Positions 1 through 13,737 of a stretch of DNA of 37,757 nucleotides are shown here, piece after piece. Each line of letters opens with the position of its first letter. The first letter of the stretch is position 1. Under the pieces are notes generated by a model that saw only the letters and a program-made list of their open reading frames with translations, made no database searches and was not told the DNA's origin. A program made the translations under genes and the position numbers. The DNA is taken from NCBI GenBank assembly GCA_002633005.1, contig NMRA01001138.1:12696-50452 (forward strand), in the 5' to 3' direction. This DNA is from Phoronis australis. Its lineage: Eukaryota; Animalia; Phoronida.

Positions 1-593
1 CATAGTATGATTTCGAAGTTAGAGCCGTAGAAGTCCATGGGTTTAGGGCATACTGGACCGTGAATTTCGCCGGGTCAATACTATGAAAATAAAATCCCCG
101 GAGTGAGAACTCTTCGCGGTGTAACAACTCACTCACTAATCCTTCATCATGGGCGCGTGATAGGAGACCAGTGAATAACTTAAAACACGCAAAAACGATG
201 CAGTTTGGCGTTACACAAACAAAATCAATTGTGGGCGAAGACTGCGAAAAACAGCCGCGTTTACAAAATGACTATACAGCGTTGTATTGACTGGGAAGCA
301 ACCGATCTAATACAATTTGTAGTCAAATTAAAGATCAAATGTAAAGAAAACTTTCAAGTTTTTCATCCAAAACTTGTTGCATTGTCCATAATCCAATGTT
401 TACTAATGCCGCTTGCCTTCAACCTTCGAAGTAGTGGTGTTACGCAACCGACGTGAACTCATGTAACCGAGACAGCAAAACTACATGTAGGTTAATTTAT
501 TTGACCCTGTGCTAAGACGAATATGCATCGACACGCAAAGTGGTATGAGCCTGACAACCTATTACGCAACTGCTACTCTAGCCTAAAAATAGC

Positions 594-785
594 AGCCGAC
601 CAGCTGGTCGTCTGATGGCCGGTCGGCTAAATGGTCGGCTGTGGGGTCGCCTTATGAGTCGGCACTGCGGGCGGCTGCCGGTCGGCTAATTTTTAGCCGA
701 CCGGTCGGCTAATTTGCCGACCGGTCGACGGCCGGTCGTCGACCAATTTCCGACCGGTCGGCCAAAAATTCGTGATGTGTGCTGT
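594..785. repeat. GC-rich cluster of palindromic CCGACCGGTCGG-type units; probably one subterminal arm of a non-autonomous DNA transposon
   Basis: Many copies of GCCGACC/GGTCGGC in both orientations, e.g. hairpin CCGGTCGGCTAA-TTT-TTAGCCGACCGG near 678-704. No partner arm found in the window. Confidence 0.55.
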
Positions 786-1373
786 ACTTGATTCTGCACA
801 ATTAATTCTCTTGCCCGACATGCTGTGAGGATTTAAGCTCTATAGCTTTCAAAGTGTGAGTCACTTACCTCAAAACCTAGCGAAGTAAAATACTCTTTCA
901 CTTCGGTGCAAAAGTGAGCTGTTTTTCTGCTCATTTGCATATCCGGTGCTTAGATCTGCGTCTGTGTAGGGCGTTAGTCTCCCAAGCTCATCGCAAAACC
1001 AGCTTACTCTTTTTTAATTAGGGACTATTTGCAGACCTGAAATGTAGGATGACAGCAATAGCTTGGCAGGCCCGTCGGAACTATCCGTCGCAGCACTTAA
1101 GTCACCGTTTCGCGGCATGGTGATCCCTATGTTTGGAGCATCTTGTGCAATTGTGGTTTGTTTGAAGGCTACATGAAATCGTAGCCATTTTCTCAGTTAC
1201 GATCAAGCAATCCACATATGCGACAGGGGGCCACCATCTTGATGAAGAGCGCAGCTACAGCAATTTGTGTTTTCTCATTCCAATTTTTTTCATAACGTAG
1301 AAAATATATCTGAAACTAAATAAGGCGATCCAGATCCTCCCAAGGATACTATTGTTTCATGAAATGAAGAATA

Positions 1374-1528
1374 TAAATCGGTAAATAAAACAACAAGAAT
1401 GGATCAACTGAAATTTGAAATTTTCGGATGTAACAACTTCCTTTATCAACAAAAACAGATAAAGGAATTTGTTACATCCGAAAATTTCAAATTTCAGTTG
1501 ATCCATTCTTGTTTTCTTTACCGATTTA
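1374..1528. repeat. Near-perfect inverted repeat (foldback), arms ~72 bp, 10-nt spacer
   Basis: 1374-1447 is the reverse complement of 1458-1528 apart from a few mismatches/indels. This explains why ORFs 1399..1653(+) and 1357..1719(-) both read MDQLKFEIFGCN. Confidence 0.92.
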
Positions 1529-1589
1529 AGTTTTTTCACGAATATAAAAGAAACACATTCACTGAGTCTATATGGAAATGTAACACCTA

Positions 1590-2337
1590 CCTGAAAACTG
1601 CCCCCAAATTTAAAATATCTTGGGACTGCAAATTGGCCATGGCCGCAGAGTAACTGTTCGGTTCTACCTTTAAATGCAGGAACTCGTTGTAAGTGGGTCA
1701 TGCTGGCCGGGGCTGTCAAGTGGACCTACCACCTGAGGGCTATCATGGAGTTTGCATGAACGCAGCATATGGCCAATTGTTTGCAGGGCCTCGAAACTAT
1801 CAAAAGTCCGGGAACTCTATAAATCTGAGACGACTTATATAGTTCTAAATACCTCTTCTGCTTGGAATATACCTGATTGTCCCTCCAGCGTCATGACACA
1901 TGTTTAGGCAAGTTGTTTATGCACACTCTGACAGTGATTAGTCCCACATTCTTTGATTCGCCAGCAGCAAAATAAATCAAGCTTGAAATTATCGAATCGG
2001 TGAAACAAAACAACTGTAAGTGACCAAACGTGTTTTCTAGTCTGGTTCATTTTTACACTTGTGTTAACTGATGTGAGCAAGACACATCATGGTTCGTGCG
2101 TCCGCGGAAGAATTTCATGTGAGTGATTTTATATTTCTTGCACACACACACAATATTAAATATGAATTATTACAGACTGTGGATGCTGATAATGATTCTG
2201 ATGCAACGGAGGTAGTTGTCCGCTTTTTGACACCGCTAGGCGCTGAGGGAAAGTGTTTATTGGGCTGTTCTGTTGAGGATGTTAAATTGCAAAATTTGAC
2301 AAGCTTAGGCATTCCTAGGTACAAGTGTAGATCCTAA
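1590..2337 (+). pseudogene. Possible heavily decayed DNA-transposase C-terminus (Sola2-like)
   Basis: Broken-frame peptides LAGAVK, LETIKSPGT and VSDFIF...EVVVRFLTPLG...VEDV loosely resemble the GKG.CDG.GG.VK / TV.GT..H / V.V.F...G...ED motif series. Weak resemblance only. Confidence 0.22.
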
Positions 2338-5300
2338 GGTACATGTACATGATCAAGTACATACATTGATTCTCAAATTGTCATTCCATGGAAGTAGAGT
2401 GACCTTGTGTAACGAGTTCTGTAGAAGTTAGCCCGCGATCCGGCCGTGACCACATATATTGTCTTTTTATCATATTGTCAGTGATCCACAGTACAACGAC
2501 AGGATTCAGTCTCTCAAAGAAGCATCCAACATTTCGTTGCACACTCCCTTTTCTTTACAATATGTAAAGATGTACTTTACAGTGCCTCTTTTATAATCTA
2601 CCATCAGATGAATGAAATTGATCATATCTTATACACGTGTGTTTGGTCAAGTGTAATGTTAGTTCGATTTATCACACTAATAATTCCCCAGTTCTGACAT
2701 ACATATCTTTCGAAAATCATACCATAAGAAAAATGAATTGACGGTAACAAACAATTGAAGACAGCATTTGCTAAATATTTGACATTAAAAACTATTTAAT
2801 CAAATGCCAGGAATATTGAAAATACTAAATAACGAATTACAACAAATATTTACTAAAGTAACAGATGCTTCTTAATGTAACAAATAGACCTATCAAAAGC
2901 CATTCTATAGGTAGTAATGACAGTGATAAGGAATCATAAGTATTACATATTTATGACAGTGATATATGTTAATAAAACACCAGAAAGAAGAAACATGACA
3001 TTGCTAAAATAGATGCCTGTTGTAAGAATGAATACTAGCTTGATGGATAATTCAGCATTGCATACATGTATCTGTTCTGTATTTTCATTATTTTTATTGT
3101 TAAGTGCGAATATTTGTGAATAGCACGTGTAGTGAATGGAACATAGTATGGATATAAGCCAGTTATGCTTTATTAAAACAATGAAAATAGAACACTGAAA
3201 GTTTGATGGGGAACTTTAATTTCACAAAACCGTCAACTAGCACGAATGGAAACTGTATTCTGACTTCTAGCAAGCCACAATAAACTGCCTCAGAGCTGCG
3301 ACTTGCTTTTTCTCTGCAGACGAAACGGAACGAGCAAATGCAGGAAGGTCAAGCGAAAGAAATGCTGTCTGAGGCCAAAACAGGTACGGAGAATCATGTT
3401 GGAAGTTGCTAAGTCTTTAGTTAATAAGAGTGACTTCCTCCATAGACATCTGAAAGAAGATATCTTACGTGAAACACTGAAGTGCTTGCAAATTCACAAA
3501 GCATTTTTAATATTTATGGCAGTTGCACTTGTGTTCGTTACTGACGTTTAATGAAAACACCTTCCAGCTGTAAGTTGGACAGAATACTTTACAGATCTTA
3601 GAAGTATGTTCACATGTTGGCCAAAACGCTAGCTTTGTCAATAACACTGTCGCTAGCTGCAAAAACTTCAGTGATCTGAACGGTTGCAGGAATTGCATTT
3701 TTCTGGTGCGTTGTTGGAGGTTTGAGATGTAACAAACTACTGGGGTTTTCGTAAGGACTTTTATAGCAAGACTGCGTTTTCCAAGGGAAAATCATCCGCA
3801 GGTATAGAAGATGCTTTGTTTTATCCTCGCGATGGCAGAGAGTGAGCGTGTTTTGAGATCGACTTTTGGGATTGGAGTGGTTTGGAAACAAACTACATGT
3901 AACTGCGTACGGGTCGTCTGTATGGCTGACACTTTAGCGTTTTCTTTACCTTATTCACTAGTGAAACTGCTAGCGTATTCACCATAAATGTATCCATTAA
4001 CTTTTCAATTGCTACCAAGCGATGACACAGGCACGCCAGAACCAAAACGTGTTCATTTTAATTTCCAGGGCAACCATCTGCTTACCACAAAGTTCATTGC
4101 TTCCGTTACGTTTTGGATTAGCATTATATATTGCCTTTGACCGCCTCTATAGTCACCGTAGGTTGCTTCTCCTCGCGCAACCTTCAATATAACAAGATTT
4201 GGACTTTTAATACTTTGCGTTTTTTCAACTGAAATATCCACACGTTCCTTAAATAAAAGGCATATTATGTCATGGTGTGCTCGGGTTGTGTGTGTCAACT
4301 GCAACCAGAGACCACTTATATATTGGTTATAATACAATTACGTATTGATTTTAAGAGAGCTAAAAAGTGTGGTGATCCCAAAAGCGGAGTCAAGGTCATT
4401 GTCGCGCCTTTGAAATCCAAATTTAGTACATTGGTAGAGTTTAAATTTCAATAATCGTTTTATATTGTATGCTGCTTAGTAACTCTTGGACACCGTGTTT
4501 GGGTATTCGATCACACGTCGATCACTCGGTTTGTCAGTCAGCTTCCATTTTTTATTCACAATGATGTGCAGATATTTTAAAAAAACTTCCAGGAGATGCT
4601 CGGAACGGACCAGAGGAACAATTGCTTATGTCTCGGGAAAGGTATCATGTTTTGAAGCCATCCCACAGTCACTTTTAATCTATGCTATCGCAAGTTGTGT
4701 GTCAGCACCTCCAAGCTCGCGCTGACGACGTGTATTGAAAGTCAGAGACTACGTTCGCCTTTGAATACATCAAGCACATATAGCAATACCCTCGTGAAGG
4801 TTTGCAACCATCGAGTGCTTTATTACTCTTATATTAATAAAAATAAAAGTGAAGTTAGAATCTGTATTCTGCAATCATATGTTAAATCCCGTCCACACAC
4901 ATCCTACCCTAGAACAACTTGCACTAGTACATCTCAGCCCACTTTTAAGTGAAGAGTCCACACACATGAATATGCGATAACTGGGGTAAGACGAAGTTGT
5001 CGCTCTGTGCAGATACGAATAGACGGCTGATAATTTCTTTCGCCTTACCACAGTTTTGCGGCCGCACAGCTACATGTATTAGAAGTGGTGCAAGTTACCC
5101 AATAACTAATTACTCTATTTTGACAAGTGGAGTAAAATGTCAAAAGTGTTGCAAGTTGCACCAGCTTAAAAAACGTACACACAACCTTCAAACCTAGCGA
5201 CAACTTTTTCTTGGAGTAACTTCTAGGACAAATCTCGGTGTGGACGGTGCACACAATGTACATGATGATAACTCTGGGTTATTATTTAGAGATTGCTAAT

Positions 5301-6095
5301 ATGCAAGTAAACGAAGGTGTAGCACAACGCATATCGAGATATACAAACGGAATTTTTTAATAGTTATCAATTTATTAAGACATCACAAATATATAATGTT
5401 ATAAAATTCATCCAGGAAACCGCAGTTAGCATTATATCCGGGCTTCAGACAATGAACACACAATAATAAATATAGATTATTGCATGGCGAAGTCGTTATC
5501 CCCCGTTATCTAGAGCCCCGTGGATTTAAGAGATTTATCGCCCGAGGGGCGTTACCTCATACTGAACGAGAAACATTGCAATTAATCGATCTACCTTTCT
5601 CGACTCGTCCCGGCTTTGTAACTACTTTCCACGGCAGAGGCCCGGGGTCAGAGGTCGTGACCTTTTAAGAAAAGCCTAGCTATTTTTGTCAAATAATGCT
5701 TACACTCAAAACCAATTGAAAATTTAAACCGAATAGAAATAAAGTGAATCTATAAATTACGGTTTAGCAACTAGTATAGCTTACTACACATTTTATCACG
5801 CTAAGCTTCGACCGCGAAAATATCGTCTGATAAAATAGGTTGCCGCTAGTAACTGAATGTAATGCTCAAGTCAAAGGATGTCGACGACATGATACCAGCA
5901 GTGATTTAGAAGTGAAAGAACACGAGAGAAAAATTTCACAGAATTAAAATATCGTTTTTATGGACTTTTCTTTTATTAGAAATTATGCGTCTTATTTTTC
6001 ATAGCGTATAAATGTCGGTGCAATGCCCTTTTGCTAAACATGCGATTGTTGCGCGTGCTCATTTAAGTATTCTGTTTTCACGTTTGATGACGTCA

Positions 6096-6167
6096 GCCAT
6101 TGAATGGTGTAGTGGTAAAGTCGGCGACTCCAAACTATGAGGCCCGGGTTCGAATCCGGCCTCGGTT
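6096..6167 (+). mobile_element. tRNA-derived SINE head (Pol III A and B boxes), not a functional tRNA
   Basis: A box TGGTGTAGTGG 6105-6115 and B box GGTTCGAATCC 6147-6157 at tRNA-like spacing. The acceptor stem does not pair. Confidence 0.65.
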
Positions 6168-6349
6168 TCCCGCCAAAATGTTAACTCACTAGTGAGATAA
6201 CTTTATGGGTTATTACACGGTTGTATCTGCCATTCGAGGCTAAAATTGTGGTATAAATGGGAATATTCAACTGTTATCATTATACACAAGAATAAGGGAA
6301 AAGTTAGAAGTGACATTGACTTACAACAGATCAATACAACAACAGACTA

Positions 6350-7010
6350 ATATAATAATATGATGCGACAGATTTAAGCAGACTAAGATCAGGTTCAACA
6401 CTGAATTTTCTTGAACCATTAATGAGGATATTGGTTTTGTCTAGCAAACTACGGGATTCATAAGGTTGAGACAACATGTCAGAGTTACTTTCCATGACCT
6501 CGATAAAGTCCATGCCATTGTTGAAAATTAATTGGATAGTCCAACAGAATGTGAATTTTAGTCTGAACTTGCCCACAATTGCACAACGGAGACATGTCTC
6601 TGAAGTTGTGTCGAAATTTATCAGAGTTAAAGGAGAATGCCACCCAAAAACAACTTATTTTGTATCAATTTAGATGAAGTACTTCTACTCTACGACGGCA
6701 CGTTCGGTTGCGTTACCTGACACCTGACGGAGGTGTTGAAATTATCAAATGACGTAATTGGTTTCACACGCAGTCTGTTCAGCAGTTCTCAACACGGGTT
6801 ACTGGTGTCGGCTTATCGCTTGATATCATCGTTTAACATCAATAAATCATCAAACCTCGGTGTAAAACCCTTAAAAATACACTTAGTTTTTATAAAAAGG
6901 TGTTGTTTTATTCGCTGTTACGGATTTACTGGTATTTTGACACACGGTAGCCTACAAAGTTCGGCAGGTTAATATACCAAGGACTGTAGCACTGAGGAGT
7001 TTGGGGCATT
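6350..7010 (-). mobile_element. 3' end fragment of a CR1/L2-group LINE ORF2 (C-terminal CCHC-type zinc-knuckle region)
   Basis: Minus strand near 6500-6630 reads NSDKFRHNFRDMSPLCNCGQVQTKIHILLDYP, matching the LN..LFR.N..SP.C.CG..ET..H.LL.CP C-terminal motif. Frames are broken. Confidence 0.7.
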
Positions 7011-7011
7011 A

Positions 7012-7516
7012 CGACATTTTCCCGTTGCTCACAACTTGTTCGATTCTATAACCCAACAACAAGTTGGGAAGTTTACCCCTGTAGCCAATATTTTACACGA
7101 CTGAGTAACTCCATTCTGGCATTTATGGTTGGAGGGCCAGCTCTCTTTTGTTCGATAATTGCTCTAATCTCCAATCAGATCGTTTCTACCCTGACTGGGC
7201 TGTGCTGTTAAAAAGAAAAGTTAAGTTATTACATATTTGAACATAAAACAATAGCATTTCTTAAATCTTCGTCAAATGGTGATCCTGTTTAGATTTGGAA
7301 TCCCCAATATCGCCCAACTGCAACCGAAATTACGACCATCTAGTCTTTCGGAATAAACCAATTCACTCTGAATTTGACTGTGTTCACACGTGGTCTGTAA
7401 TAAGCGTGGTAGATAATTGGCCTGCTTGTTGTCATAACAGATAAAAGGGTGTGCTTGGTAGTTAACAAAGAAGCTAGAGGTTATCATACGCTCGGAACCC
7501 CTACGTCTGGTAAAGT
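7012..7516 (-). repeat. Dispersed repeat, copy A (copy B at 25205-25725)
   Basis: Colinear, clearly alignable with 25205-25725 (e.g. CAACAACAAGTTGGGAA, TAACTCCATTCTGGCATTTATG, CTCTTTTGTTCGATAATTG shared). Confidence 0.9.
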
Positions 7517-8349
7517 CAATGATCGTGAAAACACTGTCATGTCTGTTCGGAGATAAATTCGAAGTATTATTCCGTGAAATACAGACAGAAGAACCTCGAT
7601 CTGTGTTGTTATACTTGTGATTTTTTGAGTCTAAACAGACACATTGCTTGTTATCCCGGCCAGTTGATTGGAACCCGATCAGGCCTGTCGCAGCCGGACT
7701 GACTCGTTATCCATGCAAGTGGCGCAGAACCCGATCAGACGCGTCGCGGCCGCCGGGACTGGCACGAACATAAACCAACTTGGGTTGGAAACTAAACCTC
7801 CAGAGTGACGAAAATGCTATAGTAGTGACCGAAAGAAACAATGTGCACGTAATTATTTATGTGAATTAGCCTTGAAACAGAAAATCTACTTGCTTGTTCC
7901 ACAGACTGTCAGGGCAGAGGTTGTACAGTAACATTGATTTGAATAATGTATTTGTATTTCTAAATAAAGATTCCCCCAACATGTGACCATAGCGTATAAA
8001 ATCGAGTAATTGTTTCACAACAGTTTTCTGTCAGCAAACACTGAATTAGCATGCGCTTACAAGGCCTCGGTGCCCCGTCAATTACCTTTGTTGCCGGCAT
8101 CAAAAGCCGGTAACGCAGTGGTTTATTCATTGCTTGCTTCTAAAAATATTTGCACTCACGAGCACTCCAAGGCATTACAAATTGTATCTGATGAGACGGA
8201 ATTTGTTTCTGTTTCATATAGGCATTGGTTAGGATGAGAATATTCCTTTTGAAAAGGAACGCAGAATAATAAACGTCTACTAATAAACGGCAACTCGCCC
8301 CGCACCAATCCCGATTAAGTCAAGAGCTCGGGCGACGAAGACTTCACGT

Positions 8350-8463
8350 GTGGGATCTTTAGGTTTCACAGGCTATCCGTTTGAACCGGAATACACTGAT
8401 CAAGAAATACTAGAGAGGCGCCGTGAACATGCACAAGCAACGGAACATATGGATAGTTCTTTG
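8350..8463 (+). pseudogene. Isolated exon-like segment with a Y.FEPEY..E motif, possibly the start of a KolobokP/P2X7-C-terminal-like transposon accessory gene
   Basis: GYPFEPEYTDQEILERRR followed by donor TTG|GTAAGC at 8463/8464. No downstream Cys-rich exons found. Confidence 0.3.
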
Positions 8464-8869
8464 GTAAGCCAGAATTCGTCAGAGAAATCACCGTCGACGA
8501 AATGCCGGCCACATACACGGATGTTTCACTGCCTAATACTTGCTATTAACTTCCTACCTTTCATTCTTCACTACCCCGAGCTACTTCCTAAGCATTTCGA
8601 GCTCCCGAGGAAGTCGAAAAAACGATATACCCGGTTTCTTCGAGGCTTCATAGTTCGGACAAGCGGGAACGATGCACCACAATATAGCGGCATTCACTCT
8701 CGAGACGAACCACTGGCGTCACAGCGTCGTTTCTCACCTTCCTCACAGGTTAACGCGACACCTCTCGGCAAGGTGAGGTTGACCGTATAAGAGGCGATGA
8801 TAGAGAGATATCTCGTGAGATTTAGGAAGATAGTTTTTAACTTGGTAAGAGGGAATGGTAGATTGGCAT

Positions 8870-11500
8870 GACAGAAGTGATTTTTGAAGCTTGTTTTGAT
8901 CATTTAGGGTAAACGGCTGTCTCTTAAAATTGAAGGAACTGTATTCCAAGTTTTTATACACACTGGAATTTTTGATCTGCGAGTTGCCCTGGAATATGAC
9001 GTGGGAATTGTGAAAATAATGGTATTCATAAGGCCAGTCGTTCGGTATTCTCTTTAATATGTGTTAAATAAAAGCTTATTAGACGAATTGTTTATGTTAT
9101 TGAAAACTTTAAATGTGTTCATGGCTGTGTGTAGTTTCCTTCGTTCGGAAAGTGTAGACCAACTCGAGGTATCGAGAAGTTTACATGATCCTGTGATTGA
9201 TAGTGCAGCTTGATACAGCGAACGGTCTAGTTGAAGTAGAAAAGCACCAGCGGGTTGGTAGATAATGTCTCCGTAGTCAAAGTGGAGTAAGACAAATGCA
9301 TTAAACAAACATCTAGGTGCATTGAACTAAGTTGCCTTGATATAAATCTGATTGGGTTCAGGAACTTTTGAATCTTAGCAACTAGACCACGACAACGAGC
9401 ATTCAAAAAGAGGTTGTTATCAACAACAATACCTAAGTGTTTGTGGGTATATTTGTTGGGTATTCTCCAACCTCTAAGTTGTAAATCAAATAATGGATCT
9501 ACAAGCAGTAGTGAGTTTTGGGATGGGGAGAAAATAATGTCACACTTTTTTCTGCCTGAAAATCCATTCGCCATTTGAAGAAAGTCTGTGTACATCATCT
9601 TGTAGTTTCATAGATAGTTGTGGATTGCCTTTAGGGAAAGTAAGAAATAAAGATGTGTGATCAGCGTATACTGTAGATAGGTTGTACATGAAGTATTGTC
9701 GGGAAGGTCATTTATGTATAGAATGAAAAGTAATGGACCAAGAACACTGCCCTGGGGCATGCAAACCCGCATTCACGTAGCCCGGAGATGACGACAATGA
9801 ATATACACCATCAATTCACACTTTGTAGATGGGATTATGGAAATAACATTCCAATAAACTTAATAGAGTACCAGATATTCCAAACGATCTTAATTTGTAA
9901 ATGAGTAGGTAATGTGGGAACATGTCGAAGACAGAAGCTAAGTCGAGGAAAACAGACCTGACGTTATTATTATTTTCAAACTGTAAATGTGTGTCACGGA
10001 TAAGTTCAATGACTTGGGAAATTGTATTTTTCCTGTTAGAAAGCCAAACTGCATTGAGTATATGAGATCGTTTGAATTTAAATGACAAAGGGTTTTCGAA
10101 ATATAACCTTTTCTAGAATCTCGGGGAAGGTATTATGGAGAGTGATGGGGGTGATAAATTGACACTTCTGACTTCCAGTCCTTCTCGTGAAGTGATACCA
10201 CTATTTCCAAATTCCAATCGGAGGGATAATGACCTGACAACAGGGTTTTATTAAATGATTTTTGAGATGTACAGATAATTTTTTAGCTACCGTTTTTACC
10301 ATTTTATTTGTTATGAGTTCTGTTCGATTTGATTTGTTAACGTCGATAAATGAGTGAGTTGATAGTAGAGGGACTGCGTCTTGATTAGTCGAATTGATGT
10401 TTTCTTTGTTTGTAACATATTCTAGGAATAATGTGCCTTTTACGATGTTGTTTCGGCGTGTTTATGGAAGTCTTTAGAAGAAATATGAGGAAACGCGTTA
10501 TTGGCTGAAAAACATCTTATTTTGTTAACAATTTTCCAGTACTCCATAGAGTATTCAGAAAGATCTTTAATGCTTTGAATAAGACCGATATTGTAATCAT
10601 ATTTTGTGATTTTTTATTATACTTTGCATGTGTTTTGACTGTTCATTGTATTGATTGAAATGAAGGGGGTTGGCATATTATTTGTAGTGCCTGTACATCT
10701 TAGAGCATTTTTTAAGTTCGCGCTTTATCTATTCTGTAAACCTTGGTGGTAACTACTTTGAATTTGGATGGAGTGTTTTTTTCTAGGGTGTCTGCAAGTT
10801 CTTTAGTGAATCACGATAATGTAGTATCGATGTCGAATCGACTGAGAATTGCATCCCGATCGTGGTTGATTAAGTCGTTATGCATTTGAATTTGATTTGC
10901 TTTGTCGTATTTCCAAATACGTTTCATAACAGGGGCTTTGTTGTGAGCTGAACACAATAGGATAACGTGCATGTATGTATGAAATGGTGATCCGAGTGAC
11001 CGATGTGGGCAGAACGAACGAGGACGAAATAGAACTGAGGATGTTGGTAATACACAAATCAATTCAAAATTTGGAAGTTGCGGAGATTCTTGTAGGCTCA
11101 ATGATCAGTTGTACAAAGTCGTTTGCAAGTAGTACGTCGAAAAGTTCAATGCCCGCCTGATTATCGTGGTCGTCAGGAAACCAGGTATTATTTCGATCGT
11201 TGAAGATTTTGAAAGTTCAGAATGTTGTTTGGATAACAGGTTGAAATATGCTTTGCGTTCGACGGAGGACTGAGACGGGGAACAATAGAAGAAATCGTAT
11301 TTAATTGTCATATAAGTTACATGTAATTCAATCCAGCATTAGCAGGAACTTTCCCCTAATTTTATCAGACAACATCTTATAAATCTCAGAATTGTGAAGA
11401 AACAATATTATACTTCGGCCATTGTAGCTATGATATGTTAAAGAATAATCAGGATTAGATAATTTAATTTTGAGATCGCCACAAGTTATTTTCCCAGACC
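8870..11500 (-). mobile_element. Decayed CR1/L2-group LINE ORF2 (AP endonuclease + reverse transcriptase)
   Basis: Motifs in correct order on the minus strand: FFYCSPSQ (APE, ~11290), RIWKYDKAN, RSVFLDLASVFDMFPH..LIYKLRSFGISG (~9870-9960), MPQGSVLGPLLFILYINDLP (~9700-9760), YADHT (~9660), HKHLGIVVD, HFDYGDIIY, WSTLSERRKLH. Many stops and frameshifts. Confidence 0.92.
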
Positions 11501-12946
11501 GGCATATTGCAACAACAGTTATAAGAAATTCGCATATAATTCGTTAACAGTGACGTTGTTCGAAAATTACAAATCGTCATAACTTCACACAATAACAGTT
11601 GTAATTGTCTACATTTTAGAGTTAGCGACATCGTCGACATTGACAGCTACGAGGGGGTTTCCTACATGCAGTTCCAGTTTGGGGACGGACACTACAGGAC
11701 AGTCAGACGATGGAGACGATATGTCATCTGGTCTCAAAAAGATTTCGATTCAAAGCAGCGCCGAAGACCCAGAGGTATGTTAGACAGGCGTTCAATCTTT
11801 GGTATCCAAAGCTTGTCCTCATGAAGTAAATAAATTTCTCACAATAACTGTAAAGTGTTACGACACGGCTGGTTAATAACACCGAGTACTTAACTTTTTA
11901 TACTACATGTGAGAATCACGAAATAGTTCAACGTTGAAATCCAAACGCCTTACATTCCATAGCATGCCAAACACTAGTAGACCTACCAACAACCAAGCAA
12001 TGCTTGAATACCGTGAAGATGACAAGTTTATGATTGACAGATCGCGTGTAAGTACTCGCACTTTCAGCACAGTAATATTTCCAGTATTATAACGTCCGCC
12101 TCTAACTATCCGACACGCTTCAATATGACACAAAAAGTAGCACCATGTGCGTACTCGCAGGCGGAAGAAAATGCAAACAACTTCTTAAACGGACCCATCT
12201 TTCGCAACATTCCATATCCACGTTCTTTCAAACCGAGACGAACCCATTTTCATGTAAGATTTCGCTCTAGTCCGATTGCGACTGATCTTTTACCTATGGA
12301 ACTTCACTTTTACATAATATCATAAAATGGGTGATGAGACTCGTCAGATATTACTGGTATGGAACGCCCCTAGCGTCACCTTCTGACGGGTCTTCTCAGA
12401 CACGTTACGAGTCATCGAGGCGCGTCAGAGTTGACTCGAAATGTACTTCCCAAGTGTGTCAAGTTACCGCCCCATCACTGTGGGACCAATAAGACGTTGT
12501 CATTTGCTCAGCTATGACGTATGCTTCGATGTCAGTCAGTTTACGCCCCAACTGACCCGATATCTGACTAGCCTAAAAGGTCAATAGCCATCCCACTTTG
12601 CATTTGACGAATAAGGGACAAGTTAACATTCACACTCGTATCAATTAAATGAATCATAATCCACCTCTGTGGAGTGTAGCGCCCAGCAACAGTATAACGG
12701 TGGCTTCTGCGTAAGAATAGCATGCAATGTCAAATTGTTATAAATATAAACGAGGCAATGCTGTGAGTGACGAGGAGTGGATGACTGTGACCTTGGAGTC
12801 ACGGTGATTTTCACAGTGCTGTGCCAACAGTTGTAGGTTTTATTCGCTTGATCAGTGAAGATGTACCAGTTGCTAAAATTACAGTCTTGCTCAGTGGAGA
12901 CAGGCTGTCGTGTAGATTGTGAGGTTGTTTTTATACGAGGCAGTAC

Positions 12947-13095
12947 CAAAGGGGAATTTAAGGGCGGGTGGTAATGGGGCCATGCCCTCCCCTAATATTC
13001 TCCCAGATTCCATTTGGTAGTACGGCGGTGCAAATGTCTGACGGGCTAATACTCCTCCCTGGCCCCCCCAACTCAAAATTCTGGATGTGCCCCTG
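12947..13095. mobile_element. Short MITE with imperfect 5-bp TSD
   Basis: Ends CAAAGGGGAATTTAAGGG and CTGGATGTGCCCCTG resemble the termini of the 13451/30713 family. Flanks are AGTAC and AGTGC. Confidence 0.55.
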
Positions 13096-13450
13096 AGTGC
13101 TGACCATTTTTATAATATATTTTTTACGTCTAAGGCTCGGTGAAGACAGGGTATGCTAAAAGTTGTTTTTTGTGAGAAAGTTGTTGCCTGTTATTGTTTG
13201 TTCTTTGAAGTACTAAAAACTAAAACGCCGTAAAATGCATTGAATTGGTCAGTGAAAAAGTCTTTTCAAATTTTACTGACCACAGCATCATTTTAATGCG
13301 TTTGACCGTGTTTTTCTGTTTTTTACCTTACATCGGTAATGGCCTTCATACAGGGAAATGAATGTTTCTTGCACTTCTTAGCCAAGTACGAGTAGGGATT
13401 TGCGAGAACTCTTAAACATGTAGTGCGTTTGAACTTAAAACATTAAGTAG

Positions 13451-13737
13451 CATAGGAGGATTTAGGGGGGTCGCCCCCCCGCCCGCCGCACGCAAAATGA
13501 AGCAGCAACAGCGTGAACCGTGAGGAAATATAGAGTTCAGCAACTAGGACCGGTAGAGGATGACAGAGGCTCACATACTGTACCAGAGGAATCGTGTCCA
13601 CCGATAGATTTTCTGAAGGGAACGTCCACATCCCGGCCCCGTAACTTTCGGGCCCCTGTGGACATACAATCGCGCTTTGCCCAATTCCCCAAGGCAACAT
13701 GTTGGGCACCCCTTATGGTATCCTAGATCCGCTACTG
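13451..13737 (-). mobile_element. MITE (hAT5-like), perfect 5-bp TSD AGTAG
   Basis: Termini CATAGGAGGATTTAGG...CCTAGATCCGCTACTG. AGTAG at 13446-13450 and 13738-13742. The reverse complement aligns with 30713-31018. Confidence 0.88.

Noticed and set aside
1357-1719. Two ORFs on opposite strands with the same peptide
   Set aside because: Direct by-product of the inverted repeat, with no recognisable domain.
3200-3900. Exon-like minus-strand peptide (DSPYLFWPQTAFLSLDLPAF...)
   Set aside because: Contains stops and no motif I recognise, so I cannot support a call.
6096-6167. tRNA gene
   Set aside because: A/B boxes and the T arm are present, but acceptor and anticodon stems do not pair. Better explained as a SINE head.
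7671-7768. Two-copy ~56-bp tandem repeat (GAACCCGATCAG...)
   Set aside because: Only two diverged units, with no further structure or interpretation supportable.
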